Shown: piece after piece, positions 1 through 9,369 of the stretch
How positions within the stretch are numbered: the first letter of the stretch is position 1
How the letters are laid out: each line of letters begins with the position of its first letter
DNA from: a virus
Lineage: Duplodnaviria > Heunggongvirae > Uroviricota > Caudoviricetes
Virus record (IMG/VR): IMGVR_UViG_2681813225_000023
Location: 1 to 10,501 of that record
Reading direction: 5' to 3' (one strand)
Length of the DNA stretch: 10,501 nucleotides
The notes under the pieces: generated by a model
Databases searched by the model: none
The model's input: the letters and a program-made list of their open reading frames with translations, nothing else
What the model was told of the DNA's origin: nothing
Program-made: the position numbers and the translations under genes

Positions 1-460
1 CCACGCCAGAGACGTGTTGCTGTGGCGACCGTCATCACTTCCGGTCAGCACGTCGTGCGTTTTCCCCTTGTTGTCAGTTACGCGGAGATAATCCCCGGAG
101 AAAGTCGACACACGGCTGTAAGCCATACCGCCTGACGCGGATGCGCCGCCACCAACAGCCCCGCCAATGGCGCTGCCGATACTCCCGACAATCCCCACCA
201 TTGCCTGCTTAAGCAGAATTTCTGTCATCATGGACAGCACGGAACCGGTGAAGCTACGCCAGTTCTGTTCACTGCCGGTCAGCATCGCCGCCATATTCTG
301 TGCAATACCATCAAAGGTCTGCGTGGCTGCACTTTTTACCTGCAACATACAGTCCGTGGCGCTCTCTTCCCACTCACTCCAGCCGGACTTCAGGCCTGCC
401 ATCCAGCTCCCGCGAAGCTGGTCTTCAGCCGCCCAGGTCTTTTTCTACTCTGACATGACG

Positions 461-480
<20 letters not shown>
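1..480 (-). pseudogene. H: Internal fragment of the tail tape-measure gene (lambda gpH-like); 5' two-thirds missing, in-frame TAG at 445-447, continues past window start
   Basis: Minus frame open from 444 to 1 (148 codons) reads KKTWAAEDQLRGSWMAGLKSGWSEWEESATD...AMVGIVGSIGSAIGGAVGGGASASGG..., which I recognise as the C-proximal part of lambda gpH. Codons 480-448 read NPLALNNVMSE in the same frame, then TAG. The frame is entered from a TGA at 481-483, so there is no start codon. Confidence 0.75.
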
Positions 481-3954
<3,474 letters not shown>

Positions 3955-3980
<26 letters not shown>

Positions 3981-4500
3981 TCAGCAACCCCGGTATCAGT
4001 TCATCCAGCGCGGCTGCTTTGTTCATGGCTTTGATGATATCCCGTTTCAGGAAATCAACATGTCGGTTTTCCAGTTCCGGAAAACGCCGCTGCACCGACA
4101 GGGGGATCCCGTCGAGAATACTGGCAATTTCACCTGCGATCCGCGACAGCACGAAAGTACAGAATGCGGTTTCCACCACTTCAGCGGAGTCTCTGGCATT
4201 TTTCAGCTCCTGTGCGTCGGCCTGCGCACGCGTAAGTCGATGGCGTTCGTACTCAATAGTCCCTGGCTGGAGATCTGTCTCGCTGGCCTGCCGCAGTTCT
4301 TCAACCTCCCGGCGCAGCTTTTCGTTCTCAATTTCAGCATCCCTTTCGGCATACCATTTTATGACGGCGGCAGAGTCATAAAGCACCTCATTACCCTTGC
4401 CACCGCCTCGCAGAACGGGCATTCCCTGTTCCTGCCAGTTCTGAATGGTACGGATACTCGAACCGAAAATGTCAGCCAGCTGCTTTTTGTTGACTTCCAT
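3955..4500 (-). CDS. Nu1: Terminase small subunit gpNu1, 181 aa, apparently intact
   Basis: 181-aa ORF MEVNKKQLADIFGSSIRTIQNWQEQGMPVLRGGGKGNEVLYDSAAVIKWYAERDAEIENEKL... matches lambda Nu1 in length and sequence. The N-terminal winged-HTH DNA-binding region is present. ATG at 4500-4498. Confidence 0.95.
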
Positions 4501-4677
4501 TGTTCATTCCACGGACAAAAACAGAGAAAGGAAACGACAGAGGCCAAAAAGCTCGCTTTCAGCACCTGTCGTTTCCTTTCTTTTTAGGGGGTATTTTAAA
4601 TAAAAACATTAAGTTACGACGAAGAAGAACGGAAACACCTTAAACCGGAAAATTTTCATAAATAGCGAAAACCCGCG
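4501..4677 (-). promoter_or_regulatory. cosB-like region (Nu1 R-sites and IHF site) between cosN and the Nu1 start
   Basis: The reverse complement of 4501-4689 reads GGGCGGCGACCTCGCGGGTTTTCGCTATTTATGAAAATTTTCCGG...GAAAGGAAACGACAGGTGCTGAAAGCGAGC...ATG(Nu1), which is the lambda left-end cos sequence with a few substitutions. Individual R1-R3 and I1 sites were not mapped. Confidence 0.65.
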
Positions 4678-4689
4678 AGGTCGCCGCCC
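4678..4689. other. cos: cosN: the 12-nt cohesive-end sequence of lambda
   Basis: AGGTCGCCGCCC on the plus strand is GGGCGGCGACCT on the minus strand. It sits 178 bp upstream of the Nu1 start in the lambda context (CGCGGGTTTTCGC follows). Confidence 0.85.
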
Positions 4690-4888
4690 CGTAACCTGTC
4701 GGATCGCCGGAAAGGACCCGCAAAATGATAATAATTATCATCTACATGTCACAACGTGCATCTACGCCATCAAACCACGTCAAATAATCAATTATGACGC
4801 AGGTATCGTATTAATTGATCCGCATCAACTTAACGTAAAAACAACTTCAGACAATACAAATCAGCGACACTGAATACGGGGCAACCTC

Positions 4889-5083
4889 ATGTCAACGAAG
4901 AACAGAACCCGCAGAACAACAACCCGCAACATCCGCTTTCCTAACCAAATGATTGAACAAATTAACATCGCTCTTGATCAAAAAGGGTCCGGAAATTTCT
5001 CAGCCTGGGTCATTGAAGCCTACCGTCGGAGGCTAACGTCAGAAAAGAGAGCATATACATCAATTAAAAGTGATGAAGAATGA
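4889..5083 (+). CDS. ylcI: Small YlcI-like protein, 64 aa, with a ribbon-helix-helix (Arc/CopG-like) pattern
   Basis: 64-aa ORF MSTKNRTRRTTTRNIRFPNQMIEQINIALDQKGSGNFSAWVIEAYRRRL... has a basic N-terminus, a short strand (RNIRFP), then helix-loop-helix, consistent with RHH DNA binders. Position (just outside cos) and length match the lambda/DLP12 ylcI-type ORF as I recall it. Confidence 0.55.
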   Translation: MSTKNRTRRTTTRNIRFPNQMIEQINIALDQKGSGNFSAWVIEAYRRRLTSEKRAYTSIKSDEE

Positions 5084-5247
5084 ACATCCCGCGTTCTTCC
5101 CTCCGAACAGGACGATATTGTAAATTCACTTAATTACGAGGGCATTGCAGTAATTGAGTTGCAGTTTTACCACTTTCCTGACAGTGACAGACTGCGTGTT
5201 GGCTCTGTCACAGGTTAAGTAGTTTGAATGATTAGCAGTTATGGTGA

Positions 5248-5454
5248 TCAGTCAACCACCAGGGAATAATCCTTCATATTATTATCGTGCTTCACCAACG
5301 CTGCCTCAATTGCCCTGAATGCTTCCAGAGACACCTTATGTTCTATACATGCAATTACAACATCAGGGTAACTCATAGAAATGGTGCTATTAAGCATATT
5401 TTTTACACGAATCAGATCCACGGAGGGATCATCAGCAGATTGTTCTTTATTCAT
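5248..5454 (-). CDS. ybcW: Small YbcW-like protein of unknown function, 68 aa
   Basis: 68-aa [74 protein letters not shown] at 5454 with GGAGCG about 7 nt upstream. Length and location match the DLP12/lambda ybcW-type ORF as I recall it. Confidence 0.55.
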
Positions 5455-5739
5455 TTTGTCGCTCCATGCGCTTGCTCTTCATCTAGCGGTTAAAATATTA
5501 CTTCAAATCTTTCTGTATGAAGATTTGAGCACGTTGGCCTTACATACATCTGTCGGTTGTATTTCCCTCCAGAATGCCAGCAGGACCGCACTTTGTTACG
5601 CAACCAATACTATTAATTGAAAACATTCCTAATATTTGACATAAATCATCAACAAAACACAAAGAGGTCAGACCAGACTGAAACGATAAAAACGATAATG
5701 CAAACTACGCGCCCTCGTATCACATGGAAGGTTTTACCA

Positions 5740-6150
5740 ATGGCTCAGGTTGCCATTTTTAAAGAAATATTCGATCAAGTGCGAAAAGATTTAAACTGTG
5801 AATTGTTTTATTCTGAACTAAAACGTCACAATGTCTCACATTATATTTACTATCTAGCCACAGATAATATTCACATTGTGTTAGAAAACGATAACACTGT
5901 GTTAATAAAAGGACTTAAAAAGGTTGTAAATGTTAAATTCTCAAGAAATACGCATCTTATAGAAACGTCCTATGATAGGTTGAAATCAAGAGAAATCACA
6001 TTTCAGCAATACAGGGAAAATCTTGCTAAAGCAGGAGTTTTCCGATGGGTTACAAATATCCACGAACATAAAAGATATTACTATGCCTTTGATAATTCAT
6101 TACTATTTACTGAGAGCATTCAGAACACTACACAAATCTTTCCACGCTAA
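5740..6150 (+). CDS. ybcV: YbcV-like (DUF1398-type) protein, 136 aa
   Basis: The track ORF 5617..6150 begins at a TTG. The ATG at 5740 has GGAAGG 8 nt upstream and gives 136 aa ([47 protein letters not shown]...), matching the length and position of ybcV-type genes next to bor. Confidence 0.65.
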   Translation: MAQVAIFKEIFDQVRKDLNCELFYSELKRHNVSHYIYYLATDNIHIVLENDNTVLIKGLKKVVNVKFSRNTHLIETSYDRLKSREITFQQYRENLAKAGVFRWVTNIHEHKRYYYAFDNSLLFTESIQNTTQIFPR

Positions 6151-6441
6151 ATCATAACGTCCGGTTTCTTCCGTGTCAGCACCGGGGCGTTGGCATAATG
6201 CAATACGTGTACGCGCTAAACCCTGTGTGCATCGTTATTAATTATTCCCGGACACTCCCGCAGAGGAGTTTCCCTGTCAGGGCTGCGGACATAGTTAATC
6301 CGGGAATACAGTGACGATCCTTCGCATCTGACATACATTAATAAATATTAACAATATGAGATTTCAACTCATTGTTTAGGGTTTGTTTAATTTTCTACAC
6401 ATACGATTCTGCGAACTTTAAAAAGCATCGGGAATAACACC

Positions 6442-6735
6442 ATGAAAAAAATGCTACTCGCTACTGCGCTGGCCCTGCTTATTACAGGATGTGCCCAACA
6501 GACGTTTACTGTTCAAAACAAACCGGCAGCAGTAACACCAAAGGAAACCATCACCCACCATTTCTTCGTCTCTGGAATTGGGCAGAAGAAAACTGTCGAT
6601 GCAGCCAAAATTTGTGGCGGCGCAGAAAATGTTGTTAAAACAGAAACCCAGCAAACATTCGTAAATGGATTGCTCGGTTTTATTACTTTAGGCATTTATA
6701 CTCCGCTGGAAGCGCGTGTGTATTGCTCACAATAA
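6442..6735 (+). CDS. bor: Bor outer-membrane lipoprotein (serum-resistance moron), 97 aa
   Basis: MKKMLLATALALLITGCAQQTFTVQNKPAAV... has a signal peptide with lipobox LITGC and is near-identical to recalled lambda Bor (97 aa). It is convergent with Rz, as in lambda. Confidence 0.93.
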   Translation: MKKMLLATALALLITGCAQQTFTVQNKPAAVTPKETITHHFFVSGIGQKKTVDAAKICGGAENVVKTETQQTFVNGLLGFITLGIYTPLEARVYCSQ

Positions 6736-6743
6736 TTGTATGA

Positions 6744-6765
6744 GTTGCCCATCGATATGGGCAAC
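6744..6765. terminator. Hairpin between convergent bor and Rz; candidate bidirectional terminator
   Basis: GTTGCCCAT-cgat-ATGGGCAAC is a perfect 9-bp stem with a 4-nt loop. It starts 9 nt after the bor stop and ends 1 nt before the Rz-frame stop (6767-6769). The flanking U-tracts are weak. Confidence 0.45.
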
Positions 6766-6766
6766 T

Positions 6767-7227
6767 CTATCTGCACTGCTCATTAATATACTTCTGGGTT
6801 CCTTCCAGTTGTTTTTGCATAGTGATCAGCCTCTCTCTGAGGGTGAAATAATCCCGTTCAGCGGTGTCTGCCAGTCGGGGGGAGGCTGCATTATCCACGC
6901 CGGAGGCGGTGGTGGCTTCACGCACTGACTGACAGACTGCTTTGATGTGCACCGACGACGACCAGCGGCAACATCATCACGCAGAGCATCATTTTCAGCT
7001 TTAGCATCAGCTAACTCCTTCGTGTATTTTGCATCGAGCGCAGCAACATCACGCTGACGCATCTGCATGTCAGTAATTGCCGCGTTCGCCAGCTTCAGTT
7101 CTCTGGCATTTTTGTCGCGCTGGGCCTTGTAGGTAATGGCGTTATCACGGTAATGATTAACAGCCCAAGACAGGCAGACGATGATGCAAATAACCAGAGC
7201 GGAGATAATCGCGGTTACTCTGCTCAT
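6767..7227 (-). pseudogene. Rz: Rz (inner-membrane spanin) gene with a 1-nt deletion frameshift near 6951
   Basis: From ATG 7227 the frame reads [45 protein letters not shown]...DDVAAGRRR (lambda Rz residues 1-92), then shifts into the Rz1 frame ([21 protein letters not shown]...). The true Rz C-terminus ([60 protein letters not shown]) is in another frame at 6950-6767. Confidence 0.85.
6826..7007 (-). pseudogene. Rz1: Rz1 (outer-membrane lipoprotein spanin) embedded in Rz, disrupted by the same 1-nt deletion
   Basis: ATG at 7007 follows AAGGAG and reads [19 protein letters not shown], then shifts at the lipobox Cys codon to [10 protein letters not shown]. The mature Rz1 sequence [41 protein letters not shown] continues in the Rz N-terminal frame down to 6826. 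Confidence 0.75.
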
Positions 7228-7700
7228 ACCTCAATCTCTCTGACCGTTCCGCCAGCTTCTTTGAATTTTGCAATCAGGCTGTCAGCCTTATGCTCGAACT
7301 GACCATAACCAGCGCCCGGCAGTGAAGCCCAGATATTGCTGCAACGGTCAATTGCCTGACGAATATCACCGCGATCAATCATCGGTAAAGCGCCACGTTC
7401 TTTAATCTGCTGCAATGCCACTGCGTCCTGGCTTTTGGGGGAGAAGTCTTTCAGGCCAAGCTGCTTACGGTAAGCATCCCACCAGCGTGAAAGAAGCTGA
7501 TAACGTCCGGCTGCTGTTGATTTGAGTTTGGGGTTTAGCGTGACAAGTTTGCGAGGGTGATCGGAGTAATCAGTAAATAGCTCTCCGCCTACAATGACGT
7601 CATAACCATGATTTCTGGTTTTCTGCCGTCCGTTATCCGTTCCTTCTGACCATGCCACCATATCGAGGAAAGCTTTACGCTGAGGATTAAGATTTTGCAT
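7224..7700 (-). CDS. R: Endolysin R (lambda-type lytic transglycosylase), 158 aa
   Basis: [61 protein letters not shown]... has the same length as lambda R and is near-identical except for the first ~15 residues. The catalytic Glu in WSEG is present. Stop overlaps the Rz ATG. Confidence 0.93.
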   Translation of the reverse strand: MQNLNPQRKAFLDMVAWSEGTDNGRQKTRNHGYDVIVGGELFTDYSDHPRKLVTLNPKLKSTAAGRYQLLSRWWDAYRKQLGLKDFSPKSQDAVALQQIKERGALPMIDRGDIRQAIDRCSNIWASLPGAGYGQFEHKADSLIAKFKEAGGTVREIEV

Positions 7701-7992
7701 TTTTCACCCCTGTCAGTCGTTCCCAGAAGTATGTCAGTGCAACCGAACCCATCGCACCACTAATCCCCGCTGTCGCGAGAATCATGTAAATACTGAATCC
7801 ACTTTCGATACTGATCAGGCCACCAATAACACCGGTGAATCCCGACACCACTATCTGAGCCAAAGCATTTATCCAGCTCCACGTTGCTTTACTCTGCTTC
7901 ACATCTATCAGGTAGCGGACCAGACCGCCCCAACCTGCGATGATCAGCAAAACGAGCCAGAACGCTCCGGCAAGGCTCTCTTTTTCGTGCAT
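7687..7992 (-). CDS. S: Holin (class I, three predicted TMDs), non-lambda family; an in-frame TTG at 8004 lies 4 codons upstream
   Basis: The ORF lies immediately upstream of and overlaps R. The product MHEKESLAGAFWLVLLIIAGWGGLV...WINALAQIVVSGFTGVIGGLI...GFSIYMILATAGISGAMGSVAL...[11 protein letters not shown] has three hydrophobic segments and a charged C-terminal tail. It is unrelated to recalled lambda S. Confidence 0.75.
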   Translation of the reverse strand: MHEKESLAGAFWLVLLIIAGWGGLVRYLIDVKQSKATWSWINALAQIVVSGFTGVIGGLISIESGFSIYMILATAGISGAMGSVALTYFWERLTGVKNAKS

Positions 7993-8106
7993 ATGAATAG
8001 CCAATGTTTCGCCGCCGACAAAAGGCCGGGACGTTAAATGTCAGAAATCAGGCTCACGGGGTAATTTAACGACAAAGCACGGAGTTGATGCTCCCCGCAA
8101 GCCTGG

Positions 8107-8132
8107 AATAAAAAAGCCAGCATGTAGCTGGC
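8107..8132 (-). terminator. tR'-like intrinsic terminator between the Q-like gene and the holin
   Basis: On the minus strand GCCAGC-tacat-GCTGGC (6-bp stem) is followed directly by TTTTTTATT. It lies about 115 nt upstream of the holin start, matching the lambda pR'-tR' (6S RNA) layout. Confidence 0.6.
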
Positions 8133-8254
8133 AACAGAGGGTTAAGCAATATCAACTCAACAGCTGAAGACACCCTGGCTGGGGTACGTTGGAAGGATAC
8201 TCACCGCCCAGAAACAGAAAAGCCCAAGGCTTTAAACCTCGGGCTTGAATTTGG

Positions 8255-8283
8255 ATTACGGCCAGTGCGTACAACATTGGCAA
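8255..8283 (-). promoter_or_regulatory. Candidate late promoter (pR'-like) and probable Q-utilisation region
   Basis: On the minus strand TTGCCA (8283-8278), a 17-nt spacer, then CGTAAT (8260-8255). It sits about 30 bp downstream of the Q-like stop and about 120 nt upstream of the terminator. The -10 match is weak. Confidence 0.3.
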
Positions 8284-8313
8284 AATATCAGATTTACATA
8301 AAACATATGATTT

Positions 8314-8916
8314 TTAATCCAGTTTTGCAATATCTTGCTGTGAAAATGTGGTCTTTTGTTTTGAACGTGTTTTCGTTAAAAGCAATAAAGCTTGGCTATC
8401 AAGCTGTAGAAAAATGTGCTTCATTGCAACCCAGCGTTCAGTAAATGTCTCAGACCAGTTTTTTGATGTCACTCCCACCAGTGATGCCAACTCCTGGTAT
8501 TCATAGGTCTTACGCCCTGCCAGCTCGTTCTTCACATCCTGTGCCGCCAGCCAGATCAACTTCTTCAAACGTTCCAGTGTCTTACCTGCAATTTTCCTGG
8601 TACCCAACAGAGTCTTAAACTCGCTCCATGCCCACTGCGTTATGGTGACCTGATGTTCCCAGCGAACACTTTCGCTGTAACTCCACAGCAACCACGCTTT
8701 CTGATGTTCTTCGAGAGACAGAACCGCGCGGCGCCATGATGATGTTGAGAACTCGATCGGACTGACCAGGGCAATGGATGAGCCTTTCGCCCGTGACTGC
8801 TTACCGGGTATCGGCGGATTATCCAGCGTTATTAACCTGCCGGTCACTTCATCCAGAATGCGCGGTTTCTTTCGTTTGTATGTATGCTTGCCGACATGGG
8901 ACTTGTTCAATGACAC
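8314..8916 (-). CDS. Hypothetical protein in the position of late antiterminator Q; family not recognised; possibly 5'-truncated
   Basis: 200-codon ORF (VSLNKSHVGKHTYKRKKPRILDEVTGRL...YEYQELASLVGVTSKNWSETFTERWVAMKHIF...) directly upstream of the promoter-terminator-holin arrangement. It begins at GTG with no ATG and no clear SD; the frame is open upstream only to 8955. Confidence 0.35.
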   Translation of the reverse strand: MSLNKSHVGKHTYKRKKPRILDEVTGRLITLDNPPIPGKQSRAKGSSIALVSPIEFSTSSWRRAVLSLEEHQKAWLLWSYSESVRWEHQVTITQWAWSEFKTLLGTRKIAGKTLERLKKLIWLAAQDVKNELAGRKTYEYQELASLVGVTSKNWSETFTERWVAMKHIFLQLDSQALLLLTKTRSKQKTTFSQQDIAKLD

Positions 8917-9167
8917 CTCAGCAAGAAAACGCCCTTCGCAGTATTGCCCGTCAGGCTAATTATGAAATCAAAAAAGCCAGACAGCAGTTTCCGGATAAAA
9001 ACGTCGATGACATTTGCCGTAGCGTACTGAAGAAGCACCGCGAAACGGTAACGCTGATGGGATTCACACCGACTCATTTAAGCCTGGCGATATATCGGTC
9101 ACAAACTCCCTCAGCAGCTAAGAGGAGGACAAATGTCTCGACTAATCACTTTACAGGACTGGGCTAA
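8910..9167 (+). CDS. Small hypothetical protein upstream of xis, 85 aa from ATG 8910
   Basis: Track ORF 8778..9167; its first 44 codons run antisense through the Q-like 5' end, so the ATG at 8910 (MTPQQENALRSIARQANYEIKKARQQFPDKNVDDICRSVLKKHRETVTLMGF...) is more plausible. The 3' end overlaps the xis start by 35 nt. No family recognised. Confidence 0.35.
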   Translation: MTPQQENALRSIARQANYEIKKARQQFPDKNVDDICRSVLKKHRETVTLMGFTPTHLSLAIYRSQTPSAAKRRTNVSTNHFTGLG

Positions 9168-9369
9168 AGAAGAATTTGGGGACTTAGCACCAAGTGAGCG
9201 AGTTCTGAAAAAATACGCGCAAGGGAAAATGATGGCCCCACCCGCTATAAAAGTTGGTCGCTACTGGATGATTGACCGAAATTCCCGTTTTGTAGGAACG
9301 CTTGCAGAACCGCAACTCCCAATCAACGCAAACCCAAAACTCCAACGGATAATCGCTGATGGCTGCTAG
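9133..9369 (+). CDS. xis: Excisionase (lambda Xis-like), 78 aa
   Basis: MSRLITLQDWAKEEFGDLAPSERVLKKYAQGKMMAPPAIKVGRYWMIDRNSRFVG... shares the LTLQEW...PPP-K-GR motif pattern of lambda Xis. Strong SD AGAGGAGG 5 nt upstream. It overlaps the int start by 11 nt, as in the lambda xis-int arrangement. Confidence 0.8.
   Translation: MSRLITLQDWAKEEFGDLAPSERVLKKYAQGKMMAPPAIKVGRYWMIDRNSRFVGTLAEPQLPINANPKLQRIIADGC

Noticed and set aside
4019-4587. Plus-strand ORFs of 120 and 175 aa overlapping Nu1 and cosB
   Set aside because: Antisense to Nu1 and running through the cos binding region; spurious.
5184-5211. Hairpin GTGACAG-n14-CTGTCAC between convergent ylcI-like and ybcW-like genes
   Set aside because: It could be a bidirectional terminator, but the stem is short, the loop is long (14 nt) and there is no U-tract on either strand; not reported as a feature.
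5617-5739. N-terminal extension of the ybcV-like ORF to 177 aa
   Set aside because: The extended ORF begins at a TTG without an SD, while the internal ATG at 5740 has GGAAGG at ideal spacing and gives the expected 136-aa length.
6716-6928. 70-aa plus-strand ORF
   Set aside because: Antisense to the Rz/Rz1 C-terminal region; the Gly-rich tail is the complement of the Pro-rich Rz1 sequence.
6826-7227. Reading the 133-aa ORF as a genuine Rz-Rz1 fusion protein
   Set aside because: The C-terminal 41 residues are the mature Rz1 sequence reached by a 1-nt deletion; a disrupted overlapping gene pair is the simpler explanation.
8778-8909. N-terminal 44 codons of the 129-aa plus-strand ORF
   Set aside because: This part runs antisense through the 5' end of the Q-like ORF; the ATG at 8910 is the more plausible start. 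Even the short form is low confidence.
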